Assembly (NCBI GenBank): GCA_041697335.1
Contig: JBGUGD010000016.1
Span: 96,001-160,000 of the forward strand
From: Vampirovibrionaceae bacterium NZW_1234
Lineage (GTDB): Bacteria; Cyanobacteriota; Vampirovibrionia; Vampirovibrionales; JAGQHJ01
Direction of reading: 5' to 3'
DNA: 64,000 nucleotides
Shown: in pieces, positions 1 to 9,137 of the stretch
Layout: each line of letters starts with the position of its first letter
How positions within the stretch are numbered: position 1 is the first letter of the stretch
Position numbers and translations under genes: made by a program
The notes under the pieces: model-generated
What the model saw: only the letters and a program-made list of their open reading frames with translations
What the model was told of the DNA's origin: nothing
Databases searched by the model: none

Positions 1-2
1 CC

Positions 3-680
3 AACAACCCGACCGGTGCCGTTATGGCGGAGGGTTTTATGAATGAAACCATTGCTTTCTGCAAAGAGCACCAAATCCTGTTATGCCATGACAACGCCTA
101 CTCTGAAATGACCTTTGATGGTTATCGTGCCCCCAGTTTTTTAGAAGCTCCCGGCGCTAAAGACATCTGCGTTGAAATGTTCAGCCTGAGCAAGATGTAC
201 AATATGACAGGCTGGCGTGTGGGTTTTGCTGTTGGTAACAAAGGTGCTATTGATGCATTGGGAACCATCAAGAACAACTGTGATAGCGGTGTCTTTAAAG
301 CGATTCAGCAATGTGCTATTGAAGGTTTAAACCGCTCTGACAAACTGTTAGCCAACTTAAACCAAATCTATGCCAAACGCCGTGATATTTTTGTCAAAGG
401 CCTGCAAGAGATGGGTTGGGATTTTCAACCCAATGTGGCCACATTTTACCTTTGGATTCCTGTGCCCCAAGGCTATACCGACTTGGAATTTGTGGAATTC
501 CTGTTGGAAAAATGTGATATTGTCGTCGCTCCTGGAACGGGCTATGGCGATGCCGGTGCTGGCTTCTTCCGCGTAGCACTCACTCAGGAAGATCATCGAG
601 TGGAAGAAGCGATTCGCCGGATGAAGGCACAGGGCGTTCATTTTTCCGGCTTAAAGACGTCTGCGGGAACCCATGCTTAG
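3..680 (+). CDS. dapL: LL-diaminopimelate aminotransferase (class I/II PLP aminotransferase), 5'-truncated by the window edge
   Basis: Frame is open from base 3 (NNPTGAV). Motifs HDNAYSE, FSLSKMYNMTGWRVG (PLP lysine) and PGTGYG..G.GFFRVAL. Confidence 0.8.
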   Translation, partial: NNPTGAVMAEGFMNETIAFCKEHQILLCHDNAYSEMTFDGYRAPSFLEAPGAKDICVEMFSLSKMYNMTGWRVGFAVGNKGAIDALGTIKNNCDSGVFKAIQQCAIEGLNRSDKLLANLNQIYAKRRDIFVKGLQEMGWDFQPNVATFYLWIPVPQGYTDLEFVEFLLEKCDIVVAPGTGYGDAGAGFFRVALTQEDHRVEEAIRRMKAQGVHFSGLKTSAGTHA

Positions 681-2040
681 AACCTCGCTGGCCGTTGCCG
701 CAGGAAAAATCAGTGCTGAGCTCATTAAAGTCTTTCACGTGGGCTCAGGGACTTCCTTACCCGGCAAAGTGGCTCTAAAAGTCGATTCCCAACTTTTGTC
801 GAACCTGGGACGCCAGGTTCGACAAAAGACGGTCAGTATTACAGGTACCAACGGAAAAAGCACTACGGCAGGTCTGCTGTCTGCATTTATTGAGGCAGGA
901 CAAGCGCAGGTGGTGCATAATCAACTGGGTGCAAATATGCTTCCTGGGATTACGGCCGCTTTGGTCAAACAAAGTTCTCTGATTGGCCGACTTTCTGCAG
1001 ATTATGGCGTTATTGAGGTTGATGAAGCCTCTTTACCCGGTGTTGCCCAAGCTATCCGTCAGGACTTGACTGTGGTAACCAATTTATTTCGAGATCAATT
1101 AGATCGCTATGGTGAATTAGACACAACAGCCAGACTCATCCACCAAGGCATTGAAAATAGCGGCGGTTATTTAGCACTGAACGCTGATGATCCTATGGTC
1201 GCTAGTATAGGCCGTCATTTTCCACCTGAAAAGGTTGTTTATTATGGGGTTGACCACGTTGACTACCCCCATGACATTGCCCTGAACTACCCTGTCCCCT
1301 TTCCCAAAGAAGTCACGGATTGTCCGGTTTGCCAAGCAAGCCTGAACTATTCAAAGACGCTTTACGGCCATCTAGGCCACTATGCTTGTCCTCAATGTGG
1401 TTTTGCCCGACCTCAGCCTCAAGTCTTGGCAGACACCATTGATATCAATGCCGAAAGCACTCAGATTAAATTACATTGGGAAAGTCAACCGTCGGTTAAC
1501 CTGACATTGCATCTCCCCGGCTTATTCAATGCCTATAACTTACTTGCCGCCTCGGCCGCTGTTTACTGGCTAAAATTACCCTTGAGCCAAATTGAGCGGG
1601 GTCTGTCTCGCTACACCAGTATTTTTGGCCGTGCTGAAAAACGCTTCATTGACAATAAACCTGTCATGATCCTCCTGATAAAGAACCCTATCGGGGCCTC
1701 GGAAGTGCTCAAAGTTACTGCCACAGACCCTAATGCCCGTTTGGTTATTATGATTAACGATAACTACGCCGATGGACGTGACATTTCCTGGCTGTGGGAT
1801 GCCCCATTCGAACTTTTACGACAAGCCTCCAGGCCGATTGTGGTCTCAGGCCATCGAGCAGAAGACATGGCTCTGCGCTTACGCTATGCAGAGGTACCCA
1901 GCGACCTGATTCAAGTTGAGCCTAATATTATGTCAGCCTTTTATCACAGTGTTCGTGAAGCTAAGCCAGGGGAAACGGTTTATGTCCTTCCAACGTATAC
2001 GGCGCTTCTTCAGCTGAGCCAAGCGATCGGGAGCCGATAG
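673..2040 (+). CDS. murT: MurT-type Mur ligase with DUF1727 (lipid II isoglutaminyl synthase subunit)
   Basis: GTNGKSTT P-loop, EVDEA, NLFRDQLDRYGE, CPVC...CPQC zinc finger, KNPIG, DNYADGRDISWLWD, LPTYTA. Overlaps the dapL stop. Confidence 0.9.
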   Translation: MLRTSLAVAAGKISAELIKVFHVGSGTSLPGKVALKVDSQLLSNLGRQVRQKTVSITGTNGKSTTAGLLSAFIEAGQAQVVHNQLGANMLPGITAALVKQSSLIGRLSADYGVIEVDEASLPGVAQAIRQDLTVVTNLFRDQLDRYGELDTTARLIHQGIENSGGYLALNADDPMVASIGRHFPPEKVVYYGVDHVDYPHDIALNYPVPFPKEVTDCPVCQASLNYSKTLYGHLGHYACPQCGFARPQPQVLADTIDINAESTQIKLHWESQPSVNLTLHLPGLFNAYNLLAASAAVYWLKLPLSQIERGLSRYTSIFGRAEKRFIDNKPVMILLIKNPIGASEVLKVTATDPNARLVIMINDNYADGRDISWLWDAPFELLRQASRPIVVSGHRAEDMALRLRYAEVPSDLIQVEPNIMSAFYHSVREAKPGETVYVLPTYTALLQLSQAIGSR

Positions 2041-3127
2041 CTTTTAACATGGCAGCAATTAGCGCTGCCTCAACCCGTTTGGACAGCTTCTTACGAACAT
2101 CATAGCCCATATGTGGGTCATTCAAGGTTTTCAAGCGAATGCTTTGGCGTACGGTGTGTTTATACAAGTACTGTTGATAAAGATCCTGGGGGGTGACCGT
2201 CTTGCCAATCGTGCGACTTAGAATCTGAGTCAAGAGTTGCTGAATACGCTTAAAGTCCCGTCTCACAGGGCGAACCTCTGACAGATTCTGGGGTACGTCT
2301 GCATGGCGTGAAATTAAACGACCCAGCTGTTTCTTTAGACGACGCTCTTTGCCATGAGTGGCTTCACGCAGTTCCTGGAACTCGCCCTTCCACTGTTCGC
2401 GCAAGTATTGAGCCAAGTGCTGGTATTTATTCTCTTCTCGCAACGTGGCCATACGAATATAGGTCAATGTCAACAGCGTACGGGTTTGATCCATGTCCCT
2501 TGCCGTCGGTTTAGGACCAAGCACCGGTGAAAACCAATGGGATTGCGGCTGAAAAATTAATTGTGCTGCAGCCCGGAGTTGATCCTCGGGAATGCTTTTC
2601 GCAACCGTCTGAGCCACGCCCATAATATCTTTATCCGAGGGGAAATAAACACGCCCTTGACCGGCAGACCCTTTTAACCGAGTTAAGGCTTGTTGTGTTT
2701 TACGAAATGTCGAGTCCGTATCAGATAATAAGCCTTCTTGTTGAAGCATAGCCCCGACGGCTTCATACCAAGTATCAGCACCCTCTTCAAGGATAAGCAC
2801 TTTACCGGACATAATTTTTTCTTTAAATGTCGGTGCTGGCAGGGATTCCAAGACAGGCTTCAGCGAGCGTCTGACTGGCCCTGGCAATAAGCGCCAAGTC
2901 ATGATCGTACTGATATTCTTGTTGGAATCGGTTGTTACAGGCTTGACAGGTGGAGCTGCCGAGCTCTTAAAGAAATCGGTTTCGGCATAAACTTGGTCTA
3001 ACCCTGTGGCCACAGGAGCAAAATCGAGGAATTGGCTTCCAAAACGAACAGGAACAGGTTGCAAAACGCCCATAGAAGCACGTCGATTCGAAACCGAAGT
3101 AAAAACCGACTGAAGAGCGCTTACCAC
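1961..3127 (-). CDS. Hypothetical protein with N-terminal PVPVRFG motif and helical C-terminus
   Basis: 388-aa ORF filling the gap, GGGGA SD upstream of GTG, 80-bp convergent overlap with murT. No recognisable domain. Confidence 0.7.
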   Translation of the reverse strand: MVSALQSVFTSVSNRRASMGVLQPVPVRFGSQFLDFAPVATGLDQVYAETDFFKSSAAPPVKPVTTDSNKNISTIMTWRLLPGPVRRSLKPVLESLPAPTFKEKIMSGKVLILEEGADTWYEAVGAMLQQEGLLSDTDSTFRKTQQALTRLKGSAGQGRVYFPSDKDIMGVAQTVAKSIPEDQLRAAAQLIFQPQSHWFSPVLGPKPTARDMDQTRTLLTLTYIRMATLREENKYQHLAQYLREQWKGEFQELREATHGKERRLKKQLGRLISRHADVPQNLSEVRPVRRDFKRIQQLLTQILSRTIGKTVTPQDLYQQYLYKHTVRQSIRLKTLNDPHMGYDVRKKLSKRVEAALIAAMLKAIGSRSLGSAEEAPYTLEGHKPFPLA

Positions 3128-3408
3128 GTAAACATCCCCGTATTAATAAGCCTAATACGATTTCTCAGAAGATACCACGCCATTGTGTCAAATTGATGAC
3201 AGACTTCGAAATGATAGGACTTTTTCACGCCAGTGCCCCTCATCTTACCCAACCGTTTTGCAGCGATGAAAGCTGCTATGGCCCAACTCAAGGCAAATGG
3301 TATCATAAATGCCATTTTGATGCACTTAGCCTCCAGGCATAATGTAGGTAAATAGGGGCGCAACCAATCCCTACATGTCGACTTTGTGAACACGTGTGAA
3401 CGGCTTTT

Positions 3409-3540
3409 TCAATGAAACCAAATCCGCCTCCAAAATTGCGGCCTCCGATCATCATCTTGTTCTCCACCAAACAATGGAAGCCTTTCACCCCAATTTCTGA
3501 ACCCTAGCACTGAAACACTGATTCTGCCCAGCATCTTCAT
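3409..3540 (-). CDS. Candidate small protein, 43 aa (41 aa from the second ATG)
   Basis: Minus strand reads AGGAGGTG ATG AAG ATG; translation MKMLGRISVSVLGFRNWGERLPLFGGEQDDDRRPQFWRRIWFH*. Too short for the ORF track. Confidence 0.4.
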   Translation of the reverse strand: MKMLGRISVSVLGFRNWGERLPLFGGEQDDDRRPQFWRRIWFH

Positions 3541-3796
3541 CACCTCCTCAGGAGAAAAAACACTTTCCTATTTCAGCATCACACCTTTCGTGGGAAGGAT
3601 GTCTTTTCTGCCACAACGTTCCCTTTGTTCATCCCAAGTAAATAGACCCTCCCATATCCGTCCTTCTCATTTCAAGATCCTGAGAGCAGGGTGAAAAAAT
3701 CCTTTGACTATGGGAAGTCAAATCCCCAGGAATTCAGTAGAGTAACTGTATTACATGCCCATTTTCTTGGGAAAACCGAGTTATAAAGGCGTATCC

Positions 3797-4606
3797 ATGT
3801 CAGAGGCATCTCCCAGACCCGTCTCCAAAAAAAGCACATCCCGCTCTGTATCAGATGATCAGGAAGTTTTGGTCCTGTGGCAGCAATACAAATCGCAGCC
3901 AAACAACCCTCAACTTCGTGAAAAGCTTATATTAAAGTACTTACATTTAGTCCGATATGTGGTAAGCCGGCTTCCCATTTCGCTTCCCGTCAGTATCGGT
4001 CAGGAAGATCTAATAAGCTACGGGACCATGGGTCTCATGGAGGCCGTAGAGCGCTATGACTTGTCTCGAGGATTAAAATTTGAAACCTACGCCGTAACTC
4101 GGATTCGGGGAGCTATCATTGATCAGCTTCGCTTTCAGGATTGGGTGCCTCGAGGAGTCCGAAAACGTTCTAAGGACGTCGCCGATGCCATGGCCCGGCT
4201 GGAAGAAAAGCTAGGGCGAAACCCCACCGAAGACGAATTGGCACAAGAATTAGGTGTAAACAAGAACAAGCTCAAGTCTATGTTGGCAGAGAGCAATAAT
4301 CTACTAATTTCCTTGGATGAATCCCGGGGCGATGACAGCTCAGGTGCTTCTGCATCCTTAATGGATTTGGTTGAAGACAAAAACAGCCCTGATCCCCAAG
4401 CAGAGCTGGAAGCAGGAGAACTTAAACAACGCCTTGCCAGTGCTATTGGCAAGCTGCCTGAAAGAGAAAAACTGCTGATTGCCCTGTATTACCATGAAAA
4501 TATGACTTTAAAAGAAATTGGCGAGGTCATTAACGTTTCTGAGTCTCGGGTCTGCCAACTCCATGCACAAGCAATCCTAAGACTGCGGAGCGCCTTAAAT
4601 CAATGA
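3797..4606 (+). CDS. fliA: FliA/WhiG family RNA polymerase sigma factor (sigma-28)
   Basis: DLISYGTMGLMEAVERYD, KFETYAVTRIRGAIIDQLRFQDWVPR and region 4 LKEIGEVINVSESRVCQLH. Start 3797 preferred; ORF track gives 3755. Confidence 0.93.
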   Translation: MSEASPRPVSKKSTSRSVSDDQEVLVLWQQYKSQPNNPQLREKLILKYLHLVRYVVSRLPISLPVSIGQEDLISYGTMGLMEAVERYDLSRGLKFETYAVTRIRGAIIDQLRFQDWVPRGVRKRSKDVADAMARLEEKLGRNPTEDELAQELGVNKNKLKSMLAESNNLLISLDESRGDDSSGASASLMDLVEDKNSPDPQAELEAGELKQRLASAIGKLPEREKLLIALYYHENMTLKEIGEVINVSESRVCQLHAQAILRLRSALNQ

Positions 4607-5238
4607 GCCCTGCAGAGGTTCGTCTTGGTTATCTCCTGGTCGCATCACCTGTTGCCAACGTCTTTATTGGCGGCCTAATGGTGGTCGACAAACGAGGACT
4701 TCCGATTGAATTCCGCTACACCGAGCCTATTCAGCCCACTAAGATTCAACAAATTCTATATGGGGCAGCTCTAAACCGTTACATTAAATCTGAGGTTATT
4801 CTGGAAACCCTGCTGAAAAGCTTGGAAACAAAACCCAACTTGATTATTGTGAATGACGATTGCTTTTTATCTGAAGACATCGTGACCAAAGAGTTTGAAG
4901 TTGTAAGGCTGACAGAAACCAAATCAGGGCCTTTGAAGTCCTCTGTTGGGGGTGTCGAAAAAATTTCTGCGTCAGAATTTTTGCTACAACTCACTGCAGA
5001 AAGCAGTCCTGTTCGTGTTCAATTGGCTGCCACCAACAGTGCGGGTTCAGGACCCGGTGGCGTGAAAAGTCTTCCCAATAAGTCTCAGGACCCAAACACC
5101 ACCTTCCAAGGTACCCCACTCTATACCTTGCTGGTGGAAACAGGCAAAAGCACAGACATTTTAGAACCCTTAAACCGTGTTGAGAAAGCGTTGACCGTGT
5201 TATGTCAGGAAGCCGGGATAAAAGCTACCGCAAGCTAA
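4603..5238 (+). CDS. Conserved hypothetical protein
   Basis: ATGA overlap with fliA; globular-looking N-terminus with GGLMVVDKRGLPIEFRYTEPIQPTKIQQILYG. Confidence 0.8.
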   Translation: MSPAEVRLGYLLVASPVANVFIGGLMVVDKRGLPIEFRYTEPIQPTKIQQILYGAALNRYIKSEVILETLLKSLETKPNLIIVNDDCFLSEDIVTKEFEVVRLTETKSGPLKSSVGGVEKISASEFLLQLTAESSPVRVQLAATNSAGSGPGGVKSLPNKSQDPNTTFQGTPLYTLLVETGKSTDILEPLNRVEKALTVLCQEAGIKATAS

Positions 5239-6086
5239 TTCATGACATTAAAGAAACCTTGCGTATTCATTTCCAGGGCATTGAAAGCCATTCTCTTGAC
5301 CTGGGACTTTTCTCATTTGGCACCTTCTACCCTCTAACACCCTCATTTGAGATTTACGGTGGCGTTTTTACCGTCTCCAATGTTGCTTGCCATGCAGTCG
5401 ATTTGGTGAATAAGACAACATCAATTGCTGCAGACCTTGCAATGAAAGCCCATGCAAACACAGGCTCAATGCAAATTGAAACACCTCCAGTGATACTACC
5501 CTCACTAGCGATGTTTCCACCCCCACAGCCAAAATCACTGGCGCTTTTATCGGAAAAGCCAACACTTTATCAATGCCCTATCACGGGTTTTCATCCTCAT
5601 TTACCAAATCGCATCCGGCCCTCCGAACTTAAGTTTAAAAAGCCCAAAACCCCACAAAAACTTGTAGCAGCAAAAATCAAGTCCCCGGTAACGTATGGGT
5701 ATCGTGCTGCCATAAAAGCTAGGGCATTGGTCCTATCCGCAAGCAAACGCAATTTGCCCATCTATCGAAAACCCATTCCGGCACACCGGTTTTCTCGAGC
5801 CCATCGTGAATTGTTTCGCGAAAAGTTAGCAAAACAGAGTGGCCTACCTGCAAATGAGATTCATTTGGTCAATGTTTATGACCGGATTTATCTGGGAGTG
5901 TATCAATCGTGGTCGCAAACCGACGACGGCTTATTGCTTTGTACACCCAAACCCCTGAGTACCCTCACCTCCTCAACCAAAGACAGCCTCTCCGGCTATT
6001 TAGTTATTGGCAAATCCCCAAGAAAACCGGGCAATATATTACAAACCATTGTGACCGCCAAGGAATTGCTGGATGCCTCAGAGTAA
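5202..6086 (+). CDS. Hypothetical protein with basic, Pro-rich middle region
   Basis: 294-aa ORF overlapping both neighbours within the operon; start uncertain. Confidence 0.65.
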   Translation: MSGSRDKSYRKLIHDIKETLRIHFQGIESHSLDLGLFSFGTFYPLTPSFEIYGGVFTVSNVACHAVDLVNKTTSIAADLAMKAHANTGSMQIETPPVILPSLAMFPPPQPKSLALLSEKPTLYQCPITGFHPHLPNRIRPSELKFKKPKTPQKLVAAKIKSPVTYGYRAAIKARALVLSASKRNLPIYRKPIPAHRFSRAHRELFREKLAKQSGLPANEIHLVNVYDRIYLGVYQSWSQTDDGLLLCTPKPLSTLTSSTKDSLSGYLVIGKSPRKPGNILQTIVTAKELLDASE

Positions 6087-7170
6087 GCTTCAATCCGAAT
6101 GTCTGCGGTATGACAGTATGTTAAAACACGCGCCCTTAGGCGTTGTCATTACAGACAATGTGGGTAAGCTGGTCTGGCTGAATCCTATTGCACAAAGTTA
6201 CTTGGGTGATCAGTTGCGCCTGGGCAAACCTGTCTTGAATTCAAAGGACTGGCCAGGATTCCGAGCACTTATTCTACAAAACAAACCTTTCTATTTTTTG
6301 ATTGAAGATCAGGGATTTACCTTTACACCCCAAGCTCTTGAAGATTCTGAATCGCCTCGTACCTTGTTGTGGATTGTTCCCTCGGTATCACTGGATGTTG
6401 ATCTGGTCACCATGCAACAAGACCTGATTCGACAACGTAAAATGGCCAATTTGGGACGAATGATGGTCGAAATGGCCCATGAACTGAACAACCCCTTGAC
6501 CGGCATTTCCATGGGGACCCAATTGATCGGGATGTCCACCAAGCGGGCCCGCCGTCTTCTGCAGAGCGCCTCTCTAAATCTTGAGGCCATAAAAGACATT
6601 CTGGATAAAATCGATCAGGAAAGCAGTAAAATATCCTCATCCACAGCTCGAGCATCTGCTCTGCGCCAAGAACTTTTGGCCTATAGTAAGCCTAATCCAT
6701 TAAACTTGAGGCCCTATCAAGCCAGTCGCCTTATTGAAACAGTTCTGGACAATTTTAGAAATCAACCCATCTTTCGTCACATGACTCTGAAATTGGAACT
6801 CTCAGACCGCTCTCCAACAATTTTGTGCGATGCCTCCAAGTTGGAACAAATTCTCTACAATTTACTCAAAAATGCTCATGATGCGACCCACGCCAAAGGC
6901 CAAGTCTGGATTCGTGAATTTGTGGACGAAAATTTTCTGACCATTGAAGTTGAAGACAACGGGCCTGGCATTCCTCCGGACTTGTTGGACAAAATCTTCT
7001 CTCCTTTTCTAACGACAAAACCCCGAACAGGAACTGGTCTTGGGTTAAGCATCAGTCAAGAGATTATTCAGCAACACGGCGGACGTTTTTCAGTTTATAA
7101 TAAACCTGAGTCTGGAGCCTGCTTTAAAATTCAGCTTCCAATCACAAACCAACCCGATGCTAGTGTCTAG
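6073..7170 (+). CDS. PAS-domain sensor histidine kinase (cytoplasmic, NtrB-like)
   Basis: PAS-like GVVITDNVGKLVWLNP, H-box AHELNNPL, N-box QILYNLLKNA, DNGPGI, IFSPFLTTK, GTGLGLSIS. Confidence 0.93.
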   Translation: MPQSKLQSECLRYDSMLKHAPLGVVITDNVGKLVWLNPIAQSYLGDQLRLGKPVLNSKDWPGFRALILQNKPFYFLIEDQGFTFTPQALEDSESPRTLLWIVPSVSLDVDLVTMQQDLIRQRKMANLGRMMVEMAHELNNPLTGISMGTQLIGMSTKRARRLLQSASLNLEAIKDILDKIDQESSKISSSTARASALRQELLAYSKPNPLNLRPYQASRLIETVLDNFRNQPIFRHMTLKLELSDRSPTILCDASKLEQILYNLLKNAHDATHAKGQVWIREFVDENFLTIEVEDNGPGIPPDLLDKIFSPFLTTKPRTGTGLGLSISQEIIQQHGGRFSVYNKPESGACFKIQLPITNQPDASV

Positions 7171-7203
7171 CTCGTGCTGTTATCCTAAAAACAGGAGAGT
7201 AGT

Positions 7204-8148
7204 GTGGTGTCTGCTGTAAACAACCCCTATAGCATTCTACTCGTGGATGACGACAGCACTATTCGCGAGAACCTGAAAGAGTACCTGACCCATTATCACC
7301 AAGCCGACTATGAACTCACCATTTGCGAAGCTTCCACTTGTGAAGATGCCCTTAAAGCAATGGATTCACAAGCTTTTGACCTAGTTATCAGTGATATTAA
7401 CCTACCAGACCGGGATGGGTTTGAAGTCCTTAAATCCGCCATGGAGCATAACTCCAATATCAAACGGGCGTTAATCACGGCCTACGACCTGGACACTTAT
7501 ATCCACTTGGCCAAAGAAGAAAAAATTTACAATATCATCACCAAAACGGCCCCATTCAACTTTGAAGAGTTATCAAACGTCATCAACAACTTACTGGTTC
7601 CAGAAGAAGCCTTTGGCCTGGATAAATATATCACCACCCCTGAGACCTTTAAGGAGATTGTTCTGACCTCCAGCGACGATATCATGCCTGCTCAACAGGT
7701 CTTAAAAGACTTTTTTCAACAATTTAAACTTCCCGATATTGACGCCCTGTCCATTGTCGTCATTGAAGCCATTACCAATGCCATGTACCACGCGGCAAAA
7801 AATCCCGATGGCAGTTTTCGTTATAACAAAGGTGAAGTTATTGAAAAGCTTCCCCCAGAAGAATATGTCACCATTACTTATGGCTATGATGATGAACGGA
7901 TGGGTGTTTCCATCCGAGATCAAGGCGGCACTATGTCAGCTGATGAAGTCCTTTACTGGTTAGAGCGAAATATCTCCGGCAATTCCTTAATGGATACCCA
8001 TGGGCGCGGCTTGTACCTTATTCATCGCCTTATGGATCGGGTTATTATCAACCTCAGTAAAGATAAAGCGACTGAAATCATTCTGCTTCATAACCTGACT
8101 GATTCAGCCGGGGAAAACAAACCCATCTACATTAACGAAATTGCCTAA
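7204..8148 (+). CDS. Response regulator with REC domain and C-terminal RsbW/SpoIIAB-like ATPase (Ser kinase/anti-sigma) domain
   Basis: REC: ILLVDDD, DLVISDINLPDRDG, ITAY, TK. C-terminal: EAITNAMYH, IRDQGG, HGRGLYLI. AGGAG SD. Confidence 0.88.
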   Translation: MVSAVNNPYSILLVDDDSTIRENLKEYLTHYHQADYELTICEASTCEDALKAMDSQAFDLVISDINLPDRDGFEVLKSAMEHNSNIKRALITAYDLDTYIHLAKEEKIYNIITKTAPFNFEELSNVINNLLVPEEAFGLDKYITTPETFKEIVLTSSDDIMPAQQVLKDFFQQFKLPDIDALSIVVIEAITNAMYHAAKNPDGSFRYNKGEVIEKLPPEEYVTITYGYDDERMGVSIRDQGGTMSADEVLYWLERNISGNSLMDTHGRGLYLIHRLMDRVIINLSKDKATEIILLHNLTDSAGENKPIYINEIA

Positions 8149-8463
8149 CCAGGAGTAGTCCCTTTCGATTTCTCTGGCGTCCATACCTTTACAGTAAGTC
8201 TGCCTGGCAAATTCAAGCCAAACACATCTACGAGCCTCTGCCTTCGGGGGCAAAGAAATCTGGCCAATATATCAGAACAATTCTTTTTATATACACTTTT
8301 AGGGTCTAATTTTCACCCCTATTTTATTTTCAATAGCGACTAATCCCTGCTCAGAAAAAGGCTTTTACAAGCAAAACAAAACGTTACAATTTAGAAACAA
8401 ACAAGCTCCGCATTAAAGCAGCTTAACCCGCGCCAATCCAGCACTTATACCGATGGGGCCGCA

Positions 8464-8492
8464 TTGAATTTTCTTATAATTTATGGTAAGAT
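8464..8492 (+). promoter_or_regulatory. Sigma70-type promoter of the zinc-ribbon gene
   Basis: TTGAAT-N17-TAAGAT with an extended -10 TGn, in an AT-rich intergenic region. Confidence 0.5.
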
Positions 8493-8612
8493 TAGAAGTT
8501 AGTTTTTAGAAAGTTAGCTTTTTGCATTTACCTGTTTACAAACGGTCAATCTGTCGGAAAGGGCTTTCTCAAAAACGCTATCTCAATCAGTAACTCGGAG
8601 GCCCTGGACGCC

Positions 8613-8930
8613 ATGTTTCAAGAACGCGAAATCAACTGTCAAGCTTGTGGTGTAAATTTTCCTTTCTCTGCAGAAGAGCAGGAGTTTTTCCACTCGAAAG
8701 GATTTCAAGAGCCTAAAAAATGTAAGCCTTGCCGGGCTGCAGCCAAGCAAAATCGTGGCGGCGGCTATGGCGGAGGTCGCAGTGGCGGTTACGGCAGACC
8801 TCAACGACAATTATATGATGCAGTATGCGCTTCTTGTGGCGTACAAACCCAGGTTCCGTTTGTACCAAATGGCAGTAAACCGGTTTATTGTCGAGATTGC
8901 TACCAGGGCAGTTCTCTTTCTCGGGCTTAA
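8613..8930 (+). CDS. Double zinc-ribbon protein (zf-trcl-like plus CxxC-x17-CxxC) with Gly/Arg-rich linker
   Basis: CQAC..F.FSAEEQEFFHSKGF.EPKKCKPCR, RGGGYGGGRSGGYGR linker, CASCG...VPFVP..SKPVYCRDC. GGAGG SD. Confidence 0.9.
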   Translation: MFQEREINCQACGVNFPFSAEEQEFFHSKGFQEPKKCKPCRAAAKQNRGGGYGGGRSGGYGRPQRQLYDAVCASCGVQTQVPFVPNGSKPVYCRDCYQGSSLSRA

Positions 8931-8948
8931 AGGCCCCTTATGGAATTT

Positions 8949-8980
8949 CAAACCGCCTTATCTCTGGATAAGGCGGTTTG
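8949..8980 (+). terminator. Perfect 14-bp hairpin after the zinc-ribbon gene (terminator or 3' stabiliser)
   Basis: CAAACCGCCTTATC-tctg-GATAAGGCGGTTTG; no long U tract follows. Confidence 0.6.
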
Positions 8981-9137
8981 CGCGTGAGAGCAATTCTTTA
9001 GAGCAGATTTTTTTAGCTCAGTAAGAAAATGAGGGTTCAGAAATTTTCGAACTTTCCGATAATTGGATCGTCTTTTATTATACACACCTTGGGTTAGCTT
9101 ACCGCCACACAATAAGAAGAGTTGAGACCATTGCCTG

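Noticed and set aside
9036..9062. Sigma-28-like promoter TTCAG-N14-TCCGATAA before the alpha/beta hydrolase
   Set aside because: Mismatches in both boxes and no flagellar context.
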